Origin: Callorhinchus milii
Taxonomy: Eukaryota
Direction of reading: 5' to 3'
DNA length: 53,553 nucleotides
Assembly: GCF_018977255.1 (NCBI RefSeq)
Contig: NW_024705335.1
Coordinates: forward strand, 1 to 53,553
A program made the position numbers and the translations under genes. Below the pieces are notes generated by a model, which did not search any database, was not told the DNA's origin, and was given only the letters and a program-made list of their open reading frames with translations. Shown here piece by piece: positions 1-10,464 of the stretch (positions are counted from its first letter, which is position 1; every line of letters starts with the position of its first letter).

Positions 1-1060
1 AAAGCAAGAAGATGCATAACACACGCTTAGTTAACTAGACCTCAACAATGTAACTACATAACCGGATCAGACAGGAACGTACTGCCTGACCCACGATGCC
101 GAACGTGACGACCGAAGACCGACGAGACGTAGCCCGGCAGGTTGATTCCAAGAGACAGCCGCGATTGCTCTCGGGACCTGTGCTCTGTGCTGCGAGCGTG
201 GCCTCGCTCCGCCTCGGCCACGCCCCGTTCTGGAACTCACCAGAAGGTTCTCATCCGAGCATGACGTGTCCCTCGAGCCCCCTTTGACCCCCTAGCTACC
301 TTGCGCCGGTCACGTGCCCTCTCGGGGTCACCCAGACTGTCATGTCCTCACATGCCTCTCTTTTGATCGTTCTCCGAACCATGCACTCTAGGGCCTGCTT
401 CCATGGCATGGCTGCTCCCGTGCCAGAGAGAAGCTCAAGACTTGCAATTCAACTCTTATGACAGTAGCTGGCGCTAACCACTATAGTGACTTCATTTACG
501 TCACTACACATGCTAAACACCACGTGCATTAGAATGGGTCAACGATCCTAGCATGTATACCCGTTATATAGTTTAACACGTAGGCTTTCTTGACCAATAT
601 TATCCAACATCGTACTCGAATTGTAAATGCTGAGGGTTTAACCCTCCAATACACCGGTTTGCTGAACTAGTAGCTAATTGGCACGTTTTGCTTACGTGAC
701 AATCCTTACTAATTGGCTGTGTCGGGTGGTGGCGGGTTTAACGACACATTTATATTTACGCGATCCAAACCCAAAAACCTTGATTATAGACCTATGTAAA
801 AAAGTCTTAAGATTACGACAGGCTAAATAAATAGCATTAACATAGTATTCATGAAATAGTTATGAATTCAGCCCAGTTGTTGATTTAAACACTGCAGGTG
901 CCTTCGAGCTCACATAGTATCCAATTACACACGGGCTTCTAACAATGTATTACACATGAACCACGCCAAGGTGTGTGTAGCGGTCGTCGAAATAGAATCG
1001 ATATATTTTTTGTGCACGTTTAGTTCACCAGGGGTGGGCAGCATTTGTCCGTCGATGGTG

Positions 1061-2129
1061 CAGAGGCGTAAATTGTGTGACGTTCTCAAAGAAACGAAAC
1101 CAAATAAAAAATATACGCTCATGTTTTTGGGGGGGTTTTAAACACTGCGATGGAGAAGTGCTTGTGGGGCAATATTGTGACAGGCGCTCCCCAACACAGC
1201 GGACGGCTCGAGTAAAAGTCCGCAGAAAAATGAAAGGAAATTCCAGCTCAAACAAGGGTATCAATCAAACGGGCGTTTAAAAAAAAGAAGCAGGCAACAC
1301 GATCCGCGCGCGAATGTTGCGTTTAATTTATGTGCGCTCACGCGCACGTGTATGCACTCTACCTGTATATTTAACATAAACAGTAAGCTTATACCCATCG
1401 CCAGTGGATAACGAACCACTGTTGTTGTAGGTTAGGGTTTGACTAGTACTTTCTAAACCACGGCCTATGGTGTAGAAAAGCTTGCCGTGGCCACAGACCC
1501 TCGAGTCGAGACAAATACGTCCCAGCCAAGGGGGTGTTCGGGAAAGAATTTGTGTTTGTCTGTTCTCGTTCAGCGATGGGTTCCTAACGCGCGTCCCATT
1601 CAAGGCACTTGACCGATCACCGCTGCCAGCGAGCGTGTGGTTTGCGGAAGCAGTCTCCGTAGCCTCGTCACGTTCACTTTAAAGGCTCTTCAAGAAAAGC
1701 GTTCGTCTCACAGCAGAGAGCCTCACGGGCCGCAGGTTTCTCCGCGTAAGGCCGGGGATGGAACGCGGCCGAGGGTATTTCGGGCGGCGCCGGCTTCTTC
1801 TCCAGTTTTCGAACGACGTTTTCGGCTGCCTCGGAGCTTCCTGTGCGTGAAAAGTCACGAGGAGCCCAGCTCGCAAGCGTGCGGTGACCCTGCCTAGGTC
1901 GGGGCGATTCTCAGCGTGCACACGAAAGCGAGAAGCGAGCACGAAAGTCCCAGTTTCTTTTGCTTTCTTCACACAATGCACTGTCATTTACATAATTCCC
2001 GCCTCTTTCCTGTTGCCCATTCTCTTCCCTTCCCTCGTCCCTCCACCCCTTCCCCTACCCTACCCCTTTGGTGACCCCTCAGCACCCCTCTATTGAGGTC
2101 ACGCGTTCCTCAACCTTTGCACGCCCCTG
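1061..2129. mobile_element. Possible degenerate hAT-type non-autonomous element
   Basis: Ends CAGAGGCGTA... and ...GCACGCCCCTG form an imperfect TIR. The putative 8-bp TSD matches only 4/8 (cgatggtg / cgatctaa). Confidence 0.25.
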
Positions 2130-2384
2130 CGATCTAAATCATTTTATTTTGTCACAGTTTTTTTTGTGTTAAGCATCTTAAGGCAAGGCGCTCTCTATTC
2201 GTATAAAAGAAAAGAAAATCCTTTCAATGATATCTTTCCACGAGCTGTTCAACTGGAACCGGTAAATACTGTTAATACAAGTTTGTAACATGCACAGTTG
2301 TTGTTGGTAGCGCCAGAGCAGGTCCTACCAACTATTACCCAACCTCCGTGGCCCTAAATGGGGATGTTTAGCCAACTTCAACAA

Positions 2385-2454
2385 TGTGGGCGGAAGCCGG
2401 AACACCTGGAGAAAAGTCACACGTGTAAGGGGGCAACACTGTATCCCATACAGA
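2385..2454 (-). mobile_element. V-SINE-like central domain fragment
   Basis: tgtgggcggaagccggaacacctggagaaaagtcacacg...cccatacaga resembles the reverse complement of the fish/agnathan V-SINE core as I recall it (TGTGGGAGGAAACCGGAGCACCCGGAGGAAACCCACGC...CTCCACACAGA). Confidence 0.55.
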
Positions 2455-2782
2455 TTGAACAAATTGAGCTTAGTCCACACCGCCTGTACCGCCTTCTCCT
2501 GGTAAGGCAGGTTATGGCACCTCGACAGAGAGTTTCGCAACATTAGTGTGAATTTATTATTTTAATTACTCTTGACCAGTGCTGCACCAGATGCTCAGTA
2601 ATGAATAAATGTGTTAAACATATAAGCAGTTCCTTGACGCTGGGTACACAGCTAGGCCCTTGCGACGTGTACTGAAATCCTGACTTGCAGCATGGGCAGC
2701 CAGCGCTGTGTAGCCGTGGCTCAAGCGCAACACCGGCATTACTTTATCCCTCGATTATACAACAGCGTGAGCTACTCAATTC

Positions 2783-2873
2783 TGTTCCTGAAAAAGCTCC
2801 CAGCAATTGGAGCGAAATCTCGGACATCACGCCTAACGGCACGTGGTACAACCTGAAAACACATCGGGAGAGC
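2783..2873 (+). mobile_element. PLE family B pLTR remnant with degenerate hammerhead motif
   Basis: tgttc-CTGAAAA-a-gctcc...ggagc-GAAATCTC-ggaca, then cgtggtacaacctgaaaacac. Clearly homologous to 8862-8951. Confidence 0.6.
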
Positions 2874-3433
2874 TGTACAGCGCAACCACGAACACCTTCG
2901 TGCAGGTAGTAGTAGCGTTACTCATACCTGTAGTAGTATTCGTAGTATCATAGCTGTCACGTGATGCACATACAAATGCCCTCTGCTTCTGTGTGTGAGA
3001 GATGTAACGGTAACGCCTGCCTACTGCTTGTTGAGCAACCCTCCCGGCTCACATCAGAGTAAAGCACTCAAGAGTTAATACTTCAAGAGTGAAAGGAATG
3101 CTGGGCGAGGAAAACAGCGGAGCGTCCACTGATTTTCTGTTACAGCAACCGTTTGTACCCCACCACTTCTTCTTTGAGAAACCGGAGTAAGGCTGCCTCT
3201 CTCCCTCCCAGACACTGCGCACAAAACGCGCTCGCTCGCGGGCAGCTGGAAGGATTTTTCTCTGAGCGGGGGAAAAAAGTGAAAATAAAACTGCCACCTC
3301 CTTTGCATGTCATGTACGCCGTTTGCGGTGCGGTGGCGGGTGACATTGGATGCCCTGAAACCGAAAGGATCGTAGGAACGCCACCACTGTGGCTTGGTGA
3401 CAATTTGCACGAGCTGATGGCACAATCAGCTGA

Positions 3434-3531
3434 TACTCTTAGTTCTTTCGGTAAAGTCACGTAGCTACGTGACTTTACCGAAAGAACTTAGAGTATGAAT
3501 CCTTGCAGTCACGAAAGCTTCAAATCTAGAA
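3434..3531 (+). mobile_element. PLE family A fold-back insertion (shortest copy, no ribozyme)
   Basis: Near-perfect palindrome with 32-bp arms, centred at 3464/3465, plus tail gaatccttgcagtcacgaaagcttcaaatc. 12-bp TSD acaatcagctga (3422-33 / 3532-43). Confidence 0.8.
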
Positions 3532-4545
3532 ACAATCAGCTGACTTAAAATATCTTGACCGATGCTAACGTGAACTCGGGTCCCCCCGGCCGGAAATGTG
3601 ACTTTTAGGTTTGTGCCCCTTTGGTGTCCCGTGGGGTTGTCCGAATTCCTCTGGCCAGGTGTGGCCCCTTGGCAGGCGCCGTATCAGTCGCGATTACACG
3701 TGGGGACTCGCTCTAAGCGATGGCACCTGGCGTGACGGACTCGCACGTTAACGCGAGGCAGATGGCAAAAGGCCTGCCGGAGACTAGTCCAAGGCCTGCC
3801 GGCTGATGTCTGTCATACTCGATTGTGCGGTTCTCTCCCAGCTACTGGACGTATTCTAAGCTCGCCGCACTGGCCTGCCAGCTCCTCGCAAGATTGAGTA
3901 GTGGGGCTTTTTGTCTCAAAGTTTTTTTTTTGGGCTCTGAAAATAATTTTCAATATCCAGGGGCCTGAGAAAGTTACGATCTCCTCCAGCCACCCTCGTG
4001 TTTCACCGGCTCTAATGGAGTTCATAGGTCACGTGCGACCTCTTAAATACATGTGATGAGTTATAGTTTTCATCTGACCGCATACAACTCAAGTTTAGAG
4101 GGCAGTGAAGCACACAGCCTCAAGAGAATCGTTACGTGATCACTACTGACTCTAAACGACCCACAAACCACATAATGGGCTAAATATAATTAACGATTGC
4201 ATGCTTAAGTTGAATAACTCCACATTCATCTGCAAAGTTGAGTAGCATCATATGTGACATCCTGCAGAAGACATGCAGCCTGTGCCTAATGCTACCTCAT
4301 TTTGTAAATAGTTACTTACTCTGTTGGGGAGTTCATGTGAAAATTTTACACCACTATCATACATTTTTATTACCAGTAGTATCTTAATACGACTGCATCT
4401 CAAGACTCTTAAATGGACACTGTAACATACAAATTGAATGAGCTGGAGCAAGCCGCATCATTGACTAACTTTACAATTATACTTTTTTTAAACGCCACAT
4501 TCCTTTTTTACCCGTGGTTCTTATTTACCTGCTAAATGCACGTCA

Positions 4546-4712
4546 TTATCATCGTCGTCGTCGTCGTGATCACCATCCATGCTCTGTCTACTGCTGGATG
4601 AAGGCCTCCCCAAACCGTCACTGTCTCTGACAGTCTTGCGAAGCAGCAGTCCATCTGGTACGCGCGCACACGAGACGATTAATTTGGTTCGTATCTGCGG
4701 TGGACGTTCTCT
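4546..4712 (-). mobile_element. RTE-clade LINE 3' end remnant
   Basis: Minus strand has GGGGAGGCCTTCATCCAGCAG (GEAFIQQ) followed by a (GAC/GAT)n tail. It is an inverted homolog of 6810-6950. Confidence 0.7.
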
Positions 4713-4749
4713 CAGAGGCGCTCCATGAATACATGTCGCGGCATGCATG

Positions 4750-5330
4750 CCACCTCAATAACGTCCCTCGTCATCGTTTCAAGTCACCCAGAGCCCTTTT
4801 TGACCCACGTGCTTAACCTTAAACAATGCCATATTCAACCCCAATTAAGCTTGAAAAGCTGAATGGAGTTCAAAAGAACTCACAAACAAACACTTTGTGA
4901 AATACCCAACGCAGAAGGTCCCTGGTTGTGATCTTCCACGAAGCTCATGGTACACCTTCATATGCATCCGCACAAACCATGGCAGATGCAAACACCTGAT
5001 GCACAAATGGAAAATGAAAAACTCTCCAGTGTGCGACTGTGGTCATCCAGAATAGACCGTACAACATATAACGACGCAATGCTCCAATCCACAGATACGA
5101 AGGAGACGTCGCAGCGATGACACTATTTTCTTGCACGCAATGTTACGCATGTATCTTGAGTGAATCCATCGATATGAATACATGAATTGATGCATCTCTT
5201 ACATGCCCCATTTGGCACGCGCTCATGGAATGACGCTGCTCTTGACGCAGTTGTCTGGCTTGATCACGTGAATGTGAAATTGGAGCTGTTGCTCTGCATC
5301 TACATCAGCCGTACGAAAGAGAGAAGAGGA
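4750..5330 (+). mobile_element. Vingi/Ingi-like (I-group) LINE ORF2 C-terminal remnant, pseudogenised
   Basis: Manual translation: ...RFKS... then PTQKVPGCDLPRSSWYTFICIRTNHGRCKHLMHKWKMKNSPVCDCGHPE*TVQHITTQC (CCHC knuckle). After an insertion at 5124-5236 it continues ALDAVVWLDHVNVKL and ends gccgtacgaaagagagaagag. Contains stops and frameshifts. Confidence 0.75.
5124..5236 (+). repeat. ~110-bp segment duplicated at 6178-6602 (second copy interrupted by a PLE)
   Basis: tattttcttgcacgcaatg...catggaatgacgc aligns to 6178-6239 plus 6552-6602. Confidence 0.85.
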
Positions 5331-5954
5331 CTGGCATTGACCTTAACAGCCCTTCCCATACGCATGGTTGTGGTGGTTGTTTTACTTGAAGTTTTAATAC
5401 AGTAATTAGAAATACCTCTAATTGAAGGCTGACCTCATCAACTGCTTGTGAAATCTACTTAGCACGACCTATATTAACTTCTGCAATGCATTCAAAACAC
5501 AAGTGCACCTCAGTAAGTTCATCATCTGATATCACCGATCGCCAAACCCTCTCCAGTATATTTAAGACCCTGTGTAATCCTCAATATTTCCTGAAGGAAG
5601 GCCAGTTGGCCCGAAATGGTAAGAAATGCATACAAGTGACAGTGAAAATAACACGAATTATTGTACTTAAATATCCCACCTGCTCAACTTATAACTGGGC
5701 AAATGGATGCATTCCTCGTGCAATGTCTATGGGAAGCTGCCATGCCATAGAGGAATAGCGGTGAGAAATAACGAGCTATTGCAGGAGATGTATTGCCACC
5801 TGTGGAAGGAATTTTCGCAATGAGTTTCCATTTCCCAGTCGGATGGCTCTTTCCTGCATTACACGTGCGAGTGGCTGCGGCGGTGGTGATGCGTGTCTAC
5901 TCGCGATATGCAGCGGCGTAACAATGCATCGCGAAGCCATTAGTGACGGGTGAC

Positions 5955-6016
5955 AGCTTGGAAAGTCCTTCATACAGCAGTAGATAGAGCTCGGCTGCTG
6001 CTGCTGACGATGATGA
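5955..6016 (+). mobile_element. RTE-type 3' end remnant
   Basis: ttggaaagtccttcatacagcagtagatagagc followed by a (GCT/GAT)n tail. Confidence 0.6.
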
Positions 6017-6342
6017 ATGGAGCCCCACCATAACGATGTAATGAATTGCCAAAAGTCGTGGAGTGATTCGAATGAAGAATTTATCATTTTTGCCATTATT
6101 CGTGAATGCAGTGCCTCTAGTGGTTGCAGAGTTTACGTGAAATACTCGCATACATTGCATGTGAAACTAAATTTTTTTATTTTCTTGCACGCAATGTTAT
6201 GCATGTATCTTGAGTGAATCCATCGATATGACTACATGATTTAAAGCTTTCGTGACTGCAGGGATTCATCTTCTTGGTTCTTTCGGTAAAGTCACGTAGA
6301 AGGAAAATAATAAATAATAAAAATAAACATAATAAAATAATT

Positions 6343-6388
6343 CTCACGACGTTTCGGCCACAACGCAAGCAGCCGTCATCAGGTGGAG
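6343..6388 (-). ncRNA. Minimal type I hammerhead ribozyme motif
   Basis: Reverse complement reads ctccac-CUGAUGA-c-ggcugc-loop-guggcc-GAAAC-GUC-gugag. Confidence 0.75.
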
Positions 6389-6419
6389 AACAGGTCTGTC
6401 GAGAAGGCAGAGATCTGTT

Positions 6420-6466
6420 CTCCACCTGAAGACGGCTGCTTGCGTTGTGGCCGAAACGTCGTGAGA
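6420..6466 (+). ncRNA. Minimal type I hammerhead ribozyme motif
   Basis: ctccac-CTGAAGA(6426-32)-c-ggctgc/gtggcc stem II-GAAAC-GTC(6458-60)-gtgag; stem I is cac/gtg with extension. Confidence 0.75.
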
Positions 6467-6609
6467 ATTATTTTATTATGTTTTATTTTATTATTTTATT
6501 ATTTTCCTTCTACGTGACTTTACCGAAAGAACCAAGAAGAAGACTACATGAATTGATGAATCTCTTACATGCCCCATTTGGCACGCACTCATGGAATGAT
6601 GCAATTGTA

Positions 6610-6950
6610 TCCCACACCGGGGAGAGGAAGAGACCGGGGGAGGAACGCACAGAGCAGAGAACATACGAAAGCTATTGACATACATTTTGACTGTTAAGAA
6701 AAGGAGGTCAGCTTGGGCGGGGAACGTCACAGGAAGTGACGATGGTCGGTGGCTGAGACTAATGACAGAGTGGCAGCCGAAGAGGGAAGACACAAACACG
6801 AGGGCACGTACACCGCAGATGCGACCGATCTCATCAGCTCGTTACACATGGACTGTTGCATCGCGAGACTGTCAGAGACGACGACGGCTACGGGGGGGGG
6901 GCTTTCATCCAGCAGTGGATAGACTATAGAGCATGGCTGGTGATCATGAT
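6610..6950 (+). mobile_element. RTE-clade LINE ORF2 C-terminal remnant and 3' UTR
   Basis: ORF 6675-6929 contains WAGNVTGSDDGRWLRLMTEWQPKR (RTE pattern WAGHV.R..DGRW....EW.PR), then ctttcatccagcagtgg (FIQQW) and a gatcatgat tail. Confidence 0.8.
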
Positions 6951-7555
6951 CAGGGATATGGCACCATTGGGGTGTAAATTTAGGCTGACTTAGAATAGAC
7001 TACGTTGTACAAGCAAATCGGTCATAAAAAATATAAATATATAGCCACTGCAGAATTTTACCCCGCAGCTCAGTCAGTAGCTAAACATTGCGTTTAAGAT
7101 TCGTGACTGTAAAACTGCCCGAATTATTTTGCAGATTATTGAAATAACGTAAAACAAAGTTGGCACTCGCAATTTCAAAATGACACTTGCAGCACTCCAA
7201 TGACGTTATTCTCGACTCACTTGCCGCCTGCGTTGAATTACAATTTCAGACATCGTCGTGCTTACCGTGACCTTGTGCGGTCGAAGGCAATAAAGCAGGG
7301 AATTTGTTTGGCTGATAAACACGGTCTCTGAGCTGTTCGCTGATTAGCCTCCCTATCCTATTCACCGCCTGGGCTATAAGTGCCCAGGCGGGAAGCCGGC
7401 CAGCCACATGCCTTCCCTGACCTCTTAACCCTGGATTTGGCTCAGACCTGTGTTGTGTCAGTCCCCGGTAATCTTGTAAAGTCCTCCTTTACCCATGACC
7501 GTTAGTTGAACATCCCGATGCACTCAAACTGCTCAATCGGAAGATTGGTACATGG

Positions 7556-7860
7556 ACAGTGTTTTTTTTTCCAATCCACCGTTGGATGAGGGCCTCTGCA
7601 CGCCAAACGTTTTATGGGAGTTAATTTGACCACATTTTACCACGCTGGTCAATGCGCCATTGAAGGTGCGGAGCATAGACATGGGGGTGGGGGAATAGAT
7701 GTACAGTACAACAATGGATGTTGTTGCAATGCCCTCTGTTGTCTATAACGTAGCCCTGCAGGCTATAGCACCTGCTTTTCATGGTGGTCACCCATCCAAT
7801 AAGTATCCAGGCTCACCTCGGCTTAGCTGATGAGATTGGGCGCATTCCAAGGGATGGGGT
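7556..7860 (-). mobile_element. 5S-rRNA-derived SINE with RTE-like tail
   Basis: 7761-7860 aligns to the reverse complement of 5S rRNA (ggtcacccatccaa..ccaggctc..gcttagct..gagattgggcgcattc). Body is homologous to 14500-14640, and the tail is aatccaccgttggatgagggcc. Confidence 0.75.
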
Positions 7861-7882
7861 CACACACGAGCTCCTGTTGGTT

Positions 7883-7940
7883 AACAATAATAATAAGAAT
7901 AACTCTATCCGCTGCTGGATGAAGTTCTCCCCAGCCATGT
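7883..7940 (-). mobile_element. RTE-type 3' end remnant
   Basis: (aat)n tail plus ctctatccgctgctggatgaagttctcccc. Confidence 0.55.
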
Positions 7941-8170
7941 CGGTTGTTGATGTGGTGGGTGGTGAGGGGGGGGGGTGTGTGTGTGGTATCATTCGCCACG
8001 GAAATGGAACTTGGTGCGTCAGGTTGAGAGTGAAGTGCACACCACGGGAAGCAGTAAGACTCTCGATTTAAAGCTTTCGTGACTGCAGGGATTCATCTTC
8101 TTGCTTGTTTCGGTAAAGTCACGTAGAAGGGAAGTAATAAAATAATAAAATAAAACATAATAAAATAATT

Positions 8171-8216
8171 CTCACGACGTTTCGGTCACAACGCAAGCAG
8201 CCGTCCTCAGGTGAAG
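8171..8216 (-). ncRNA. Minimal hammerhead ribozyme motif (one stem II mismatch)
   Basis: Reverse complement reads cuucac-CUGAGGA-c-ggcugc...gugacc-GAAAC-GUC-gugag. Confidence 0.65.
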
Positions 8217-8299
8217 ACCAGGTCTGTCGGGAGACAGCGTCTGAAGACGTCTCCCTGACAGACCTGGTCATTCAGACGCTGTTTCCCGACAGACCTGGT

Positions 8300-8346
8300 C
8301 TTCACCTGAGGACGGCTGCTTGCGTTGTGGCCGAAACGTCGTGAGA
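8300..8346 (+). ncRNA. Minimal type I hammerhead ribozyme motif
   Basis: ttcac-CTGAGGA(8306-12)-c-ggctgc/gtggcc-GAAAC-GTC(8338-40)-gtgag; 5-bp stem I ttcac/gtgag. Confidence 0.78.
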
Positions 8347-8861
8347 ATTATTTTATTATGTTTTATTTTTATTATTTTATTACTTCCCTTCTACGTGATG
8401 ACTTTACCGAAAGAACCAAGAAGACAGTAAGACTCTCTTGACGACACGGATATCGTTCATCTGCCTCTGGCGGGGTCAAAACTCTACCAGCGAATCCGAG
8501 GTGTTATACTGCCGGTGCAATCTATGCAGCGCCGTGAATCACGCGTCACGTTCGCACGGCACTTCAACAACGAATCGAGGGGAGACGAATGCTGCATGGG
8601 AAGTTGCGCCGCATTAGCAAAACAACATTTTCAGATGTTCAGGAGGCTGATTAAATGCGAATCTTTGCTTTGTTTTCAGAGCCATGTCATAAGGCGGCTA
8701 AATGGGATTAAGAATGCCCTCAGTAAATTATGCCGAGGCCAAGTCTGTAAAAAAATATTAAAGGAATTGGTAAAAACATAATCCTGATGAACAAGTGTGG
8801 TGGAAACTCAGACTTTCCTGTGTAAATAGTTGACATGTAGCTTTTTTTGTTTGTGCTGTAT

Positions 8862-8951
8862 AACTCCTGAAGAAGCTTCCAGCGTGTGGAGCGAAACGTC
8901 AGACTTCACGGTGAATAATACTTGGTACAGCCTGAGGACACTTCAGAGAGC
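8862..8951 (+). mobile_element. PLE family B pLTR remnant with intact hammerhead core
   Basis: CTGAAGA(8867-73)-a-gcttcca/tggagc-GAAAC-GTC(8898-8900), then ttggtacagcctgaggacac. Homologous to 2783-2873; stem I is weakened. Confidence 0.65.
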
Positions 8952-9009
8952 AAGTGACAGGATGGTGGGGGCGAAAGCCTATAAGCCGTTGTGCAGTCTT
9001 CACTGGATT

Positions 9010-9090
9010 CCAGTAACCTCAACCGCTGCCGCCAGTAACCTCAAACTTTCTTGCCAGTAACCTCAACGTCTCCTGCCAATAACCTTCACC
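9010..9090. repeat. Minisatellite, ~22-bp unit x ~4
   Basis: ccagtaacctcaa recurs at 9010, 9032, 9054 and ~9075. Confidence 0.8.
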
Positions 9091-9487
9091 TCTCTCACCA
9101 GGGACACTGCACAATTCAGTATTGGATGCTTTGTTTGGGCACAGAGGTTTCATATTTCACAATTGTGCCACCAGCATAATTTACAGAGCGGAGCTGCTCT
9201 TCCATCACCATAAACCGCCTGCTGAGAGCAGAGTGACAGTTCCAGGCCACGAGCAGCCCTGCAATGAAGCATCGCAGGGATTATATCAATGCACCTCTGT
9301 TGTCCACCAGCCACTAGCCCTCCCCCCAGCCCTCCCCCCTAGCCGCCCAAACATAAGGTGTTTTCCAGCTGTGCGAGAGATTGCGTGTTTCACTCAGTCT
9401 CTGGCACCTTGTTTTTTTTCCTTATGTTCTTAAAGCTGAGCACCACTGAATTAAGCTCGAAACTCGAACCCAAACCCAGGTACATGT

Positions 9488-9645
9488 GCAGCCCCCCTTC
9501 TGTCAATACACTGCTGGATGAGGGCCTCTCCATGCCATGCTGGCCGTGGGGATTATTTTGCCGTACTTCACCGTACTGGTCATTGCGTGTTGGTGAAGGC
9601 CGGCAAGCTTAGATGCGGGAGCGTAGGAGTACAGTCCAACAGACT
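9488..9645 (-). mobile_element. 5'-truncated copy of the 5S/RTE-tail SINE
   Basis: caatacactgctggatgagggcctctcc...cttcaccgtactggtcattgcgtg...gtacagtccaaca matches 7571-7715 and the reverse complement of 14545-14672. Confidence 0.65.
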
Positions 9646-9939
9646 CTCCTCTGCTGCTCACATATTAGCGCCACATAATCTTATTACACTTATATGCACG
9701 GTGGTTTCCAATTCAAGAACTATCCGTACACATATGGAATTTTATATAATCACTCACATCTGGCCTGAGATTATCATACGTTCTACAAACGAGAGCATTG
9801 TTTTCATCAACTATGTAGCGTGGCACGTGCAGCCAGGATTCTATGTGTGTTTCTTTCTCATCTGACAATTGCACGAACCCCTTAAGCCAGGGTTTAAAGA
9901 GCTCAATTTGTCATGCCCCATCAAAACCTACCTTTCCAT

Positions 9940-10030
9940 AGTCACCAGTAGCATGGTGAAGTCAAGTCAAACAACCCCCAAGATCCAAATGGTGTGGGTA
10001 TGCCTTCGTCCAGCAGAGGATTGACACAGT
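9940..10030 (+). mobile_element. Degenerate 3' fragment of the same SINE
   Basis: catggtgaagtc...gccttcgtccagcagaggattga. Confidence 0.45.
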
Positions 10031-10190
10031 GGCTGAGAATTACCATTATTACTTACATATTATTATTACCAGTAATCTAAATAATAAGAATAAACTAACA
10101 CGAGCATTGTTACCTACACAACACAGGAAGGCAAATGATGGCATGTGGCACCTCGTTACCCCTGCCCACCAGGTTGTCTGAGCTAGAGAA

Positions 10191-10464
10191 TCATCTTCTT
10201 GGTTCTTTCGGTAAAGTCACGTAGAATGGAAATAATAAAATAATAAAAATAAAACATAATAAAATAATTCTCACGACGTTTCGGCCACAACGCAAGCAGC
10301 CGTCCTCAGGTGGAGAACAGGTCTGTCGAGAAGACAGAGTCTGACTCTGTCTTATTATTTTATTATGTTTTATTTTTACTATTTTATTATTTCCATTCTA
10401 CGTGACTTTACCGAAAGAACCAAGAAGATGAATCCCTGCAGTCACGAAAGCTTTAAATCGAAAT
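10191..10464 (+). mobile_element. PLE family A fold-back insertion (asymmetric; one hammerhead at 10270-10315 on -)
   Basis: Inverted arms with tail gatgaatccctgcagtcacgaaagctttaaatc on the right. 12-bp TSD tgagc(t/g)agagaa (10179-90 / 10465-76). Confidence 0.85.

Larger units (their letters stand above)
6238..6541 (-). mobile_element. PLE family A fold-back insertion with two hammerhead motifs
   Basis: ~125-bp inverted arms with a ~30-nt tail on the left. TSD gactacatga (6230-39 / 6542-51) is confirmed by the empty paralogous site within 5124-5236. Confidence 0.85.
8065..8424 (-). mobile_element. PLE family A fold-back insertion with two hammerhead motifs
   Basis: ~150-bp inverted arms plus tail. 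Perfect 13-bp TSD cagtaagactctc (8052-64 / 8425-37). Confidence 0.88.

Noticed and set aside
60..360. GC-rich stretch as the missing IGFBP/Kazal exon (contains TCALCCERG in one frame)
   Set aside because: No GCGCC or CGSDG.TY pattern, wrong Cys spacing and no long open frame. The first ~950 bp also look somewhat scrambled, but I cannot establish that by eye.
7761..7860. Functional 5S rRNA gene (also 14395-14497)
   Set aside because: Heavily diverged with indels and fused to a SINE body and tail.
8783..8812. ctgatga...gaaactc hammerhead-like string
   Set aside because: Stem II pairing is poor, so it is not supportable by itself.
6238..10464. Palindromes as MITEs, CRISPR repeats or pre-miRNAs
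   Set aside because: Variable TSD length, an asymmetric tail, variable apices and hammerhead cores fit PLE retro-insertions; there is no repeat-spacer periodicity.
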